Below, piece by piece: positions 49,677 to 58,831 of a stretch of DNA of 64,000 bases (positions within the stretch are counted from its first letter, which is position 1; every line of letters starts with the position of its first letter). The notes under the pieces are model-generated. The model searched no databases and had not been told where the DNA came from. It was given only the letters and a program-made list of their open reading frames with translations. The stretch comes from a virus. The DNA lies in the IMG/VR virus record IMGVR_UViG_3300028883_000033, positions 32,001 to 96,000 of that record; one strand, 5' to 3'. The position numbers and the translations under genes are program-made.

Positions 49677-50762
49677 TTACCCCAGGCGCCTAAGACCGGG
49701 GGCATAAGATGAAGATGATACCTGAGTTAGAACTGATTTTCTATGTCCTGATGAGTTTGTACTGATGTGAATCCATGGGTTTTTTCCGAACCACTCTAAG
49801 ATAATCTGATCGTAGTCAAAATTGTCACGAATGTACTGTGCCAGATCATAATATTGCTGTCCGGTATTTCCTGTTCCGTGGAATGAGAAGAACTGAAGAT
49901 CAGTAGCTTGACCCTTATTATGCTGGCTACCGCCTGATTTGTTACGCCACCCTGACGTTATAACAAAGGGAGGAACGTTGGAATCGGCACGCAGCGGCTC
50001 GAGAACAGTTTTTGCGTGGAAGCACAGGTTTTGCAGTATCTGCTTCTGTGATAAACCACATGGCTGTGTTACAGCAGACGAGAACCTGTATGTACTCACT
50101 GCAGGGCCAATTGTAAGATCATATGCTGTGTAATTTGCTGATAATGCAACGCTTGACGCAAACGTGTCAAAATCGGGGTATGGTGGAGATCCAGTTGCCC
50201 AGCTAAAGCTAGCACTGAGATTATCAATGTCTGTGCAATTTGCTGCGGGTGGTATATTAGGCGGAGGTTGAACTGAATCCTGTTCTTGCTCGGTTATGGG
50301 TTTTACCTCAGAACTTGTGAATACTGTTTCGGCACCAGGATTAATCTCTTCAGGAACGTCATTGTTTTCGAATACGTATCGATCTTGTTCGGTTGGAATT
50401 ATCTTTCGTCCAGTACCCAAAGTTATGATTGGTGCCCCTGCCAGTGGTTCGCTGTTATCGAAAATCGCACCGCCACCGCCTCCATCGGTGAATACATTAG
50501 GAGAGCCAGCAACTCGGGGGTGCCCGCACGTGTCTGGATCGCCAGCACTATTCACCGGAATGTTTTCAGCAAATACCGTAGGACCGCCGTTCGCGGTGTT
50601 GGGGGAGCAGTGGATATTGCCATTGCTACATGCGGCGTCGGGAGATACGGAAGACCCGTCCGTTGAAACCAGCAGATTGTTAGCATACACGGTTCCTTGT
50701 GTGGTTCCGGTGACTGAGCCACCAGCGCTATTGGAATCTGTTAATCTGTGAGTTCTTGGCAT
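49677..50762 (-). CDS. PAAR spike-tip protein fused to M15-family Zn peptidase
   Basis: N-terminal ~95 aa PAAR (TVYANN, TVFAENIP, CGH, GSPNVF); C-terminal ITSGWR..SQH..QATD..WIHIS. Confidence 0.85.
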   Translation of the reverse strand: MPRTHRLTDSNSAGGSVTGTTQGTVYANNLLVSTDGSSVSPDAACSNGNIHCSPNTANGGPTVFAENIPVNSAGDPDTCGHPRVAGSPNVFTDGGGGGAIFDNSEPLAGAPIITLGTGRKIIPTEQDRYVFENNDVPEEINPGAETVFTSSEVKPITEQEQDSVQPPPNIPPAANCTDIDNLSASFSWATGSPPYPDFDTFASSVALSANYTAYDLTIGPAVSTYRFSSAVTQPCGLSQKQILQNLCFHAKTVLEPLRADSNVPPFVITSGWRNKSGGSQHNKGQATDLQFFSFHGTGNTGQQYYDLAQYIRDNFDYDQIILEWFGKNPWIHISTNSSGHRKSVLTQVSSSSYAPGLRRLG

Positions 50763-50788
50763 GTATGGTTATGCTCCTATTTTGCCCC

Positions 50789-50803
50789 TATTTATCATAA
50801 ATA
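50789..50803. promoter_or_regulatory. Overlapping divergent late promoters
   Basis: TATTTATCATAAATA = GATAAATA (minus) + CATAAATA (plus). Confidence 0.7.
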
Positions 50804-50835
50804 ATTTCACGCTAATAACATATGGAGATGATAAA

Positions 50836-51294
50836 ATGAGCGGTCTAAAGGATATAGACAGTTGGCGCAAAGTACACCTAGCTGTCGCAGAATTTGTGGA
50901 TGCATGGCGAATAATTCCACGTGCCGTTGTTGTAGTGTTTAGTTATGGCGTATACGGCGTAACAACATGGTACATGAATCTAAAACCTTACATACTCGAA
51001 GGGTGTGTTAAGGCAGCAGAATCTGTTCCTACTGAGTGCATCGTTCAAGCCCCAACAACACAACATACAGCACTATTAACGGCAATGTTCGCGTTGGCGG
51101 CAGCGGTGTTCGCTTTTTATTCAAACAACGGTAGAAAGTGGAATGGATTTTCCCATTGGAATACCAACGAGTCGAAGACGTCAGAAAGTGTGTATTGGCG
51201 CGAGGGCGAAGAGAAGCCAGTTCAGGACGAGCGTAAGGACGCGGATCGTCAGGGCCGCGCTGTTATAGAGAATGCGCGCGGGAATGGCGGTTAA
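50836..51294 (+). CDS. Two-TM membrane protein, holin-like
   Basis: DAWRIIPR followed by two hydrophobic segments and charged C-terminus; start revised to ATG 50836. Confidence 0.55.
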   Translation: MSGLKDIDSWRKVHLAVAEFVDAWRIIPRAVVVVFSYGVYGVTTWYMNLKPYILEGCVKAAESVPTECIVQAPTTQHTALLTAMFALAAAVFAFYSNNGRKWNGFSHWNTNESKTSESVYWREGEEKPVQDERKDADRQGRAVIENARGNGG

Positions 51295-52208
51295 CGACTA
51301 AACATCGGAACAAATTGTTCCGCTTGGTCTGCTACCTTCTTTAGCTCATACTTTCCAAGAAATTTCATAAAATGGAAGTATGAGAAAGTTCCAGGATCGT
51401 TAAGACCCGTTAGTACGGTCTTAACGATCCTTTCTTGTATGTCGTCTGGCTGGCTTTCAAGGTCCATCAGAAGCATGTTTTCATTGAACAGCTCTCTGAC
51501 TACAAACTCTTTTCCCGTCTGGTCCGTCCAACGTTCCATTAATAGATTGGCACGTTCGTATTCATCCTGATACGCTTTCAGAATTCGGGTTTTGCGTACG
51601 CGTGGTAGAGCGGATTGAACATTATCTCCCATATCACCACGCAGACACTTTTCAAACATGAATAGATCAGCGTCTCCGCCCCATTCATCAAGAGTCCTGT
51701 TCTTTCCTGTGGCTGGATCAATTAGTACTGTGTTCTTATGTCTGAGGAGCTGGATCATATCCTTATCTCCGCTAACAATAACGAACTCAGCATCATCATC
51801 AGTAACACTCAAAGTCTGGACGGCACCAGCGACTAGATCATCCGCCTCTAATCCATCACCAGCCAGAGTGATGATTGTAGTATGATCACGAATCATATCT
51901 TCAAAATCCCCGAGATGGCTGAGGAATAGCTCAAAGCGTTCCTTCTCTTTCGGAGTCATTTTTTGACGTCGTGTGCCTTTATACGGCTTTCCAGAAATAC
52001 ACACATCGGATGCGGTATATTCCTTTCGCCATGAGCTGCGGTCAAAGCACATAATGATCTTATGTGGCTTATAGTGCTTGAAGTATTTGTTGATTGTTAC
52101 TAACGCGGTGTGAGACGCCAGGCCTGCGACCGTGATATCATCTTCAGTTTTATGAGCGAAGAATGTGCGATATAGAATGTTCGTTACGTCGAGAACAAGG
52201 TATTTCAC
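51291..52208 (-). CDS. rnh: T4 RNase H-like 5'-3' exonuclease (FEN family)
   Basis: LVLD, SWRKE, YKGTR, EADD, VSGDKDMIQL, GDMGDNV. Confidence 0.9.
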   Translation of the reverse strand: MKYLVLDVTNILYRTFFAHKTEDDITVAGLASHTALVTINKYFKHYKPHKIIMCFDRSSWRKEYTASDVCISGKPYKGTRRQKMTPKEKERFELFLSHLGDFEDMIRDHTTIITLAGDGLEADDLVAGAVQTLSVTDDDAEFVIVSGDKDMIQLLRHKNTVLIDPATGKNRTLDEWGGDADLFMFEKCLRGDMGDNVQSALPRVRKTRILKAYQDEYERANLLMERWTDQTGKEFVVRELFNENMLLMDLESQPDDIQERIVKTVLTGLNDPGTFSYFHFMKFLGKYELKKVADQAEQFVPMFSR

Positions 52209-52588
52209 TGAAACTCCCCATCTCCGTCAGCCTTTTCATCCATCTGATTTGCCATATCATAAAGGAGCATAGCAACCCAACGCTGAACGACTTGATCATC
52301 GTCAGCACCAGTTATTCCTTGTGTGCGGAGATATTCAACAAACGCATCATTCCACTCAAGTTCAACTCGAACACCTTGAGCGGTTTCAACCCAACCCTCA
52401 ATTTCGACCCACGGATCGTCGGATGCTTTCATCATCTCAACGTACTCGTCGTGTTCCTTCTTTTGTTGTTCGCGGCGAATCTTCGCTTCTTCTCTCTTGC
52501 GAGTTTCTTCGCTCTTCATCTCCTGAATGACCTGCGCCTTAATAGCAGCGATCATATCCTGGTCGATTTGTTTGTTGTCTTCGCTCAT
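52205..52588 (-). CDS. Hypothetical protein
   Basis: Coiled coil then ELEWNDAFVEYL domain; overlapped stop/start with rnh. Confidence 0.7.
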   Translation of the reverse strand: MSEDNKQIDQDMIAAIKAQVIQEMKSEETRKREEAKIRREQQKKEHDEYVEMMKASDDPWVEIEGWVETAQGVRVELEWNDAFVEYLRTQGITGADDDQVVQRWVAMLLYDMANQMDEKADGDGEFQ

Positions 52589-52594
52589 AATACA

Positions 52595-53317
52595 TTATAC
52601 CTGTGGTAGTACGTACACCGTCAAACCGTTAACAGGAAAGCTCAGAATGCCTTTTTGACCGATACTGAAAGTACCTTCCGGGTTGCTACGGAACAGTGCA
52701 AGTAGTGTCTTTGCGGGATATCTATGGGCAAATTTCGTTGTGGAGGCCACGTTGCCGTCATCATCCGGAACCAATTGAGCATCATCAGCGAATGTATGTT
52801 TAAACACATCATTGTTAACATCAACTAGCTCAAACGACACACCTTCGTTGCTAATGATGGATACGTTCTCGGCAGCCATCGCAGCTGCACCCTTCTGTAA
52901 GAGAGTTACAGCTTCGGAAGTTAGGTTCACTTGGTAACGGAGAACGTCATTGATTGAACGAGGCGCGTTGATTTTTGAAGGGTCGGCACAGCGATAATCA
53001 ATCTTAGTGCCTTTGCCTTTCAAAATTAGTGAAGTAGCAAATTCGCTATCGCCTTCATTCTTCGTGCTGTATTCGACTGAAAAGTTCTGGGTGGAGTTGG
53101 CGATTTCATATCGAGCCATCAACACATCAATTCGGTTGATACCGATGGAGTTAAACTCCATAGCTGGCACATCTTCATTCTGGAAGACTACAACTGTACG
53201 AGCATCATCCATTGCACGCACGGTGTTTGGTTCAATGATGATGTTGTCAATGCCAACAAGTTTAGCCGTTCTAACAACATTCAGAACGTAGGCAAGAGAT
53301 TCGGGTTTTAGTTTCAT
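52595..53317 (-). CDS. Probable sliding clamp (gp45-like)
   Basis: 240 aa alpha/beta two-domain pattern, IDYRCADPSKI resembles gp45 linker, between polymerase and RNase H. Confidence 0.6.
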   Translation of the reverse strand: MKLKPESLAYVLNVVRTAKLVGIDNIIIEPNTVRAMDDARTVVVFQNEDVPAMEFNSIGINRIDVLMARYEIANSTQNFSVEYSTKNEGDSEFATSLILKGKGTKIDYRCADPSKINAPRSINDVLRYQVNLTSEAVTLLQKGAAAMAAENVSIISNEGVSFELVDVNNDVFKHTFADDAQLVPDDDGNVASTTKFAHRYPAKTLLALFRSNPEGTFSIGQKGILSFPVNGLTVYVLPQV

Positions 53318-53353
53318 CGGTATTATGTCCTATAGTTATAATTTTGTGGCGTT

Positions 53354-53382
53354 ATTGTACTAAAAGTCCAGCAGATCGTCAA
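53354..53382 (-). promoter_or_regulatory. Sigma70-like promoter for clamp-like gene
   Basis: TTGACG-N17-TACAAT, overlapping end of DUF488-like gene. Confidence 0.6.
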
Positions 53383-53776
53383 CTACACGTCCCTGCTGCT
53401 CTGCAGCTAATTCTGCTTCATTCTTCCATTCCGGTATCCACCACCCTGTTCGGTGTTCGATCCATTGAGTAAACAGGTGTCGGTGACAGAAATCGCGAGG
53501 CGATTCGTAGCAAAGAAAGAACGTGGGGTCTGGAGTACTATTCAGCCAAGAGATCAGTTTATCTGAATCGTAATTGAGGTTGGTAAGAAGTTTAAAGTAC
53601 AACCTTGTATATTCTTGATGATCAATTTTTCCTTCACGTAGGTTCATTATCATGTCCCACGTGGGAGCAAACTCCGGCATATGCTCGCCTTGAAACCAGT
53701 CAGGTGGTTTGCGACTAATTGAAATTGCATTGGGGTGTGACCCCTTCCGGGCATAATTTGAAGTGTATATTGCCAT
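53360..53776 (-). CDS. DUF488-like protein with VDDLLDF tail
   Basis: IYTSNY, ISISRKPP, FAPTW, LCYE...FCHRH motifs. Confidence 0.75.
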   Translation of the reverse strand: MAIYTSNYARKGSHPNAISISRKPPDWFQGEHMPEFAPTWDMIMNLREGKIDHQEYTRLYFKLLTNLNYDSDKLISWLNSTPDPTFFLCYESPRDFCHRHLFTQWIEHRTGWWIPEWKNEAELAAEQQGRVVDDLLDF

Positions 53777-56451
53777 CAGAAATCCAATAAATCATCCACC
53801 AGTAATTCTTGTCGGGACGGTGCCTTTTTTCCAATTGCCCTGAAAATGTTGTTCAGGGGATTATCGACGAGGCGCTGTATATGTGCATCACGGTCGATAG
53901 TGTACTTCTCTAAGAACCATTCAGGCACTTGTTCAATATCAACAGGAATGGCGATGCTCTTGAACTTACCATACTTCTGAGTCAGGTAGAAGACCTTGAT
54001 CTTCATCCCTGTCATAATTCGCATGCTCTCTTTATCGCCATATTCATCCAGACATTGGTTATAAAAGATTGATGCAGCTACATGCCCGGGTAACCGAGTA
54101 CCTTCGCCGTGGATCTTATACTCTTGCGTGTAGTGTTCAACTTTCTTAACGCCCTTTGGAAGTCCAATGGACATTACGTCATCAGTAGTTTTAATTGAGT
54201 CTTTATAGTCGACAATATCTTTAGCAATATCATCCCACTGATCGCCTTTCAGGTACCGTTCAACAAATCCGTTGAGCACTTTCGATACTTCTTTTGGAAG
54301 GGTGGTTTTCTTGGTGTCAAGACCCATTACCTTCATCTTGTCAACTTTATCGCCTTCGTTGTCGACGATATGTAAGATGTATCGTTTCTTATCCACAAAG
54401 ATGCCACGATCGGATACGATCTCACGACCACAGGCAATCTTGTCGTTGAATCCTTCAGTACTAAGGAATGTGTCTTCCATGAACCCCTGAAACGAATCGC
54501 TAACAAGCTCACCAACTTTATCAGCAAATTTTACTGCTTCGTCAATGTTCTCGGCGCGTGTAACAAAATAGCTGGAATCGGTATCGCCGTATACGACAGA
54601 CCATTTATCAGAATAACCAAAATGATCACGACCCTCATCGTCTTTAACATGAACGTCGGGTAGTGTGTATTCCCCATCAAGAATTTCACATGCCTTGGCG
54701 CACTGATGCAGAAGAATCATTCGTCCTGTGCCAGTAGTACTCTCTCCCATTCGCAGATCATAGAATCGGAAATACGCGTTTGTTAGAGCGCCGTAGAATG
54801 AGTTTAACTTGATCTTGTATACGTACTGGAGCTTATCATAATATGTTGCTTTAACTTTATCACCAGCTTCTTTTGCTTCGGCTTTCAGCCGCTGATATTT
54901 TTTGCGGGTAGCATACCAGTCTTCCAGGATCTTAGGAATAATTCCTTGCTTTTCTTGGCTGAACACTGTTCCATATCCACTAACAGCCCAGCCTTTCTCG
55001 ATGAACGTGTCACGCCACTCATCTGCAGTTGCTGTTATGGTTTGTCCTCGTAATCTTGGAGGAACTTGTGTCGCGTCATCAAACGTACACGTTAATGCAG
55101 CAGCGGATCCCTTTGCTATTTCTTCGCACGCTTTGATTCGCTCATCAAACTGACCCATTAATGTTTCCGGACTGATGTTGATAGCGCGAATAGCGGAAGG
55201 GTATAGAGAGTTGATGTCGATTGAACCTACATTCTCATGTAGACCAATCTGTGGTAGCAATACGAATGCGCCTTGGATACTCCCAGAGTCTTCAGACTTA
55301 TGGAAGTCGTTTACTATCAAACCACCTAGTTCATGATGGCAGTAGTTGACGGCAGCATATTCAGCGAGCTTCAGGGTTCCTGTGACGTACTTCCAGACGC
55401 CAGTAGATAGATGCATCATTTGGTTAGCAAGTTCAACATATCCTAGACGTTCTTCGAGACCCTGTAGGATCTCAGTATCACGGATGTTGTACCGAACGAA
55501 CCATGCAAAGTTATCGCGGTATAGTTTGGCTAATGACCCTTCATATTCCAACTTAGGTAAGTCGGTTAACATTTCATCGGCAATAGCTTCCAACTTGTAT
55601 GATGGGCGTTCAGCCATTTCATACTTACGAAACAGTACCATATAGTCAGCAGCAATACGTCCAAACGTATCGAGGGTGACGTTGATGTTACCCATCACCT
55701 CAACTTCGCGGAATTTTGGATCGGGTGCACCAGGGAACGACATCTTGCGGAAATACTTCTTGCCGAGTCTAAGCAATCGTTTTGCGATGTATGGGTGGTC
55801 AAAGAAGTCTGAGTTCCAACCACATATTACATCACTGTCCTCAATCTCATCGATCAAGTACATCAGCAGCTCTGTTTCATTTGCACAGAAGATAATCTCA
55901 AGCTCCATATCCGGAGGGAGCTTGGCTATGCTGTGCATCTGCTGAACGAAATCCTCAGGGGCTTCCCCCGCTTCCCAAGTATCGTCTGTTGGGTTCATTG
56001 TTGCAAGGTTTGGAGGAATTGCAAGAACAACATACTTGCGTTTCCACATATGCACCAATGCCACTGAGTTGATCACTGCATATGGATTTTGTATTGAAGC
56101 GAATCCGATTTCGGGTGAGTAATCCACCTCGATATCGAGAAATGTCATGTTTAACTTTGGTGCAGGAACGTTGTAGTAGTGCTCGGATAGCACTTTCATT
56201 TCCATTGGGATGTCAGATTCGAAAAGCTCAATGCCATCTGACTCAAGCCGCTCACGAGCTTGTTGGAATGTTCTTGTATCAGGAAACTCGTGACGTTTTA
56301 ACTTATCGCCATACATGCTGGTGTATGGTCCGTCGGGATCGCGGGTGTAGAAGTAATATGGAGCTCGAAATGTTTTCAGCTCTCTACCTTGATCGGTACG
56401 CTCCCAAACGAGAACGTCGTCTCTTATTCTTACGGCGTCTATGTAACTCAT
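53776..56451 (-). CDS. gp43: Family B DNA polymerase (gp43-like)
   Basis: Exo FLDIE, GWNSDFFD, YNIRD; Pol DINSLYPS, KIKLNSFYG, YGDTDS. Confidence 0.97.
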   Translation of the reverse strand: MSYIDAVRIRDDVLVWERTDQGRELKTFRAPYYFYTRDPDGPYTSMYGDKLKRHEFPDTRTFQQARERLESDGIELFESDIPMEMKVLSEHYYNVPAPKLNMTFLDIEVDYSPEIGFASIQNPYAVINSVALVHMWKRKYVVLAIPPNLATMNPTDDTWEAGEAPEDFVQQMHSIAKLPPDMELEIIFCANETELLMYLIDEIEDSDVICGWNSDFFDHPYIAKRLLRLGKKYFRKMSFPGAPDPKFREVEVMGNINVTLDTFGRIAADYMVLFRKYEMAERPSYKLEAIADEMLTDLPKLEYEGSLAKLYRDNFAWFVRYNIRDTEILQGLEERLGYVELANQMMHLSTGVWKYVTGTLKLAEYAAVNYCHHELGGLIVNDFHKSEDSGSIQGAFVLLPQIGLHENVGSIDINSLYPSAIRAINISPETLMGQFDERIKACEEIAKGSAAALTCTFDDATQVPPRLRGQTITATADEWRDTFIEKGWAVSGYGTVFSQEKQGIIPKILEDWYATRKKYQRLKAEAKEAGDKVKATYYDKLQYVYKIKLNSFYGALTNAYFRFYDLRMGESTTGTGRMILLHQCAKACEILDGEYTLPDVHVKDDEGRDHFGYSDKWSVVYGDTDSSYFVTRAENIDEAVKFADKVGELVSDSFQGFMEDTFLSTEGFNDKIACGREIVSDRGIFVDKKRYILHIVDNEGDKVDKMKVMGLDTKKTTLPKEVSKVLNGFVERYLKGDQWDDIAKDIVDYKDSIKTTDDVMSIGLPKGVKKVEHYTQEYKIHGEGTRLPGHVAASIFYNQCLDEYGDKESMRIMTGMKIKVFYLTQKYGKFKSIAIPVDIEQVPEWFLEKYTIDRDAHIQRLVDNPLNNIFRAIGKKAPSRQELLVDDLLDF

Positions 56452-56456
56452 GAATA

Positions 56457-56633
56457 TTAATGCATACTATCTTCGTCTGGATCAATCAACAGCAGTTCCA
56501 GACGAGCTTTATAATCCTCAACGATCTGCGAGAGGGTTTTTATTATTTCTCGTTGCTCGAGGTAGAGCTCGGCCCATAGTTCGGGATCGAGCTCCATATC
56601 CTCGGCAATCTCTTCCTTTGTTTGTGCTACCAT
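56457..56633 (-). CDS. Small acidic hypothetical protein (58 aa)
   Basis: Below track cutoff; MVAQTKEEIAEDMELDPELWAELYLEQ...; fills the GroES-polymerase gap exactly. Confidence 0.6.
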   Translation of the reverse strand: MVAQTKEEIAEDMELDPELWAELYLEQREIIKTLSQIVEDYKARLELLLIDPDEDSMH

Positions 56634-56634
56634 A

Positions 56635-56916
56635 TCAGCCGTGAATGGCGAGAATTGCTTCTTCAGTTAGCACTAATAACTTCTCACCATCAACCTCAAT
56701 CTCTTCAGCATTAGCACTCATGTATGACACATGCTCACCAACTGCAATGGTTACAGGTGTGAACTTGCCTTTATCGTCATACTTGCCAGGACCGACATGA
56801 GTGATTGTTCCTGTGGATACTTTATCGGGAGTGACTAAAGCAATGCCACCTTTAGATTCGGTGGCTTCTTTATCAGGACGAATAGCGATTCTATCAGCTA
56901 GTAAACGCAAGCCCAT
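56635..56916 (-). CDS. groES: GroES-like co-chaperonin
   Basis: LADRIAI, ESKGGIAL mobile loop, VGPG, VDGEKLLVLTEEAILA. Confidence 0.92.
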   Translation of the reverse strand: MGLRLLADRIAIRPDKEATESKGGIALVTPDKVSTGTITHVGPGKYDDKGKFTPVTIAVGEHVSYMSANAEEIEVDGEKLLVLTEEAILAIHG

Positions 56917-56917
56917 C

Positions 56918-57214
56918 TTACGCAGCCTCGGAGTCGTTGGTCTTGCGACCCTCCACTACACTCTCGTACAGGAATTCGAAATGTTCATTTTCAGCCTGAA
57001 CGTCAGCATAGTTGTGCTTATACATCGTGGAAGCGAGTTTGCGAGTAACTTTTGCTTTGATCTCGAACTCTTCCTCAACCATCTTGGTGATGTCTTTGAT
57101 GTGCTCACGCTCATCGTCCATGCGCTGCATGCATGCAGTGATCTCAGCGAGCGCCTGCTTAAACTTCTGGCGGTCTTTGTCGTTTGTTGGAATTGGTAGG
57201 TGATGATCTGACAT
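56918..57214 (-). CDS. dsDNA-binding protein (T4 DsbA-like)
   Basis: Helical 98 aa, IKDI...EEFEI...RKLA..MYKHNY pattern. Confidence 0.6.
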   Translation of the reverse strand: MSDHHLPIPTNDKDRQKFKQALAEITACMQRMDDEREHIKDITKMVEEEFEIKAKVTRKLASTMYKHNYADVQAENEHFEFLYESVVEGRKTNDSEAA

Positions 57215-57241
57215 TTTTATTATTCTCCGTGTTGTTATACG

Positions 57242-57907
57242 TCATTTGTAGAATATGTGATCGTCAATTTGAGCAACCATTTCGTAGTCATCGCTCCAGT
57301 ACGGTGTCACATAATCAGCATGATAGTGAGTAGCACCTTCCGTGAAGTCGATGAAATTGTCAAGGGTGGCCCCGGCAAGCATAGCCTCCGCAATCTTGTA
57401 AATTTCCTCATATGCAGCTTTGTTGGCGATTTTGTCTGATTTGCCGTCAAGAGTCCAGGAAAAGTGTGCTGTCATTTTTCCTGTTTTTTTGCTACGTGCT
57501 TGGAACCAAACAACCTCACATATGCTATCTTTGAAGTGTTTGCTCTTGACGCGGTTGATGGTCGTTAGTCCAATTCCAACCTTGCCCTGCATGGACTGAT
57601 TCCGGCCCTCGAAGTATATGTTGTCTGCGAGACATTTGACCTCATCTTTTAGACTATCATATTTCCAACGCGATGCCTCAATAGGCACAGGTTCCCCGAA
57701 TGAGCCAGGCATATATGGGTGGACTTTGGGGTTGTCTGGAATTGGAACGATAATCATCGTCGGAGGACCAGCTGGTGGTGCTGAAACAGCAACAGCAATG
57801 CCGAACACGAAACCAACGAACATGAAAGCCAAAGCTACTAGGCTAGCCAATGTCCATTTAAGAGGACGTGAAAGAATCTCGTACCTGATTACAGGGGTCT
57901 TCACCAT
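57242..57907 (-). CDS. SleB/Hydrolase_2 cell wall hydrolase with N-terminal membrane anchor
   Basis: CLADNIYFEGR, NRV, ICEVV, FSW, GATHYHADYVTPYW, HIFY. Confidence 0.9.
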   Translation of the reverse strand: MVKTPVIRYEILSRPLKWTLASLVALAFMFVGFVFGIAVAVSAPPAGPPTMIIVPIPDNPKVHPYMPGSFGEPVPIEASRWKYDSLKDEVKCLADNIYFEGRNQSMQGKVGIGLTTINRVKSKHFKDSICEVVWFQARSKKTGKMTAHFSWTLDGKSDKIANKAAYEEIYKIAEAMLAGATLDNFIDFTEGATHYHADYVTPYWSDDYEMVAQIDDHIFYK

Positions 57908-57934
57908 AGGGGGTCTCCGTCAATATCGGGCCCT

Positions 57935-57963
57935 ATTATCCCACGACCCTAATTAAAGTTCAA
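57935..57963 (-). promoter_or_regulatory. Sigma70-like promoter
   Basis: TTGAAC-N17-GATAAT with extended TG. Confidence 0.55.
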
Positions 57964-57967
57964 CTAC

Positions 57968-58588
57968 TTATAGGCCCTTAAACCACGAGTGGTAATCGCC
58001 AGGAAATTGCGAAGGATCATAAAGATACGGCAGTTTTGTTGCCATGTGGATACGTGCTTGGAACAGGTCGCCGGAAAGGACCGTCGTTGACGCATTAATA
58101 AAATGAGGTCCACTTGGATATACGATCAGAGTTCCACGTTGGGGGTTGAACCCAAAACCGTGCTGTGGAAATTCCAACTTCCCGCCATAACACTCATATT
58201 CGCTATCGAATGGTGGGTTGTCGTTATAGTCGCTAAGAAACAACACGCCAGTAATGTCACGATCTTTTGTTCGTACCCACTTCTTGCGAAGATAATCACT
58301 ATTCTCGCAAATTGGTTCGGCAGCGACACCAGCGGCAAAGTATTCGAATTGAATCGTTTCAGTTGCTCGGTACTCCGCCCCGTAATATTCCATCAGGTTA
58401 GGAATCAAAGGTTGCAGCCGATTGAAAACAGTCATTTCTGACTCTTCTCGATATCGGTACATTTTTACTGGATTACCATCCCGATCAAAGTCGGGTGAAT
58501 AAAAATCGAGGTCATCCACGATCTTCTCACACTGTTTGGGTGAGAGAAAGTTTTGAATGACATAAAAGGGGGATTTAGCTACTGCCAT
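57968..58588 (-). CDS. 2OG-Fe(II) oxygenase-fold protein, metal ligands apparently altered
   Basis: IQNFLS...C, RDITGVLFLSDY, YGGKLEFP, PQRGTLIVYPS. Confidence 0.75.
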   Translation of the reverse strand: MAVAKSPFYVIQNFLSPKQCEKIVDDLDFYSPDFDRDGNPVKMYRYREESEMTVFNRLQPLIPNLMEYYGAEYRATETIQFEYFAAGVAAEPICENSDYLRKKWVRTKDRDITGVLFLSDYNDNPPFDSEYECYGGKLEFPQHGFGFNPQRGTLIVYPSGPHFINASTTVLSGDLFQARIHMATKLPYLYDPSQFPGDYHSWFKGL

Positions 58589-58830
58589 TAGTCTGTGAAT
58601 ATCTCTGGCAAACGACCATAACGATCAGAACGATAGTCATGGTCGTTTGCGTGGTTTTCTAAACTAAACCTAATGATAGACAGACGTCCGAGTTCGCGTG
58701 CGAGCTCGTCCGCTATTTCTTCTTGATTCTTTGTCTGTGCTTCTTTCAGTTGTCGTTTGACTAAGTCTTCACGGCATCTAACAGAGTAGATCAAATCCTC
58801 TACTTCTAGTGCGCTGTTTGGTGTGTACAT
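58588..58830 (-). CDS. Hypothetical protein
   Basis: 80-aa helical ORF with coupled stop/start. Confidence 0.6.
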   Translation of the reverse strand: MYTPNSALEVEDLIYSVRCREDLVKRQLKEAQTKNQEEIADELARELGRLSIIRFSLENHANDHDYRSDRYGRLPEIFTD

Positions 58831-58831
58831 T

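Noticed and set aside
18291-50762. VgrG-like, gp25-like and PAAR genes as a bacterial T6SS or eCIS
   Set aside because: Embedded with portal, protease, gp55 and gp43; no membrane complex or ClpV; it is a phage baseplate
53776-56451. Intein or intron in the polymerase
   Set aside because: 891 aa with normally spaced motifs; no splice-junction or homing endonuclease motifs seen
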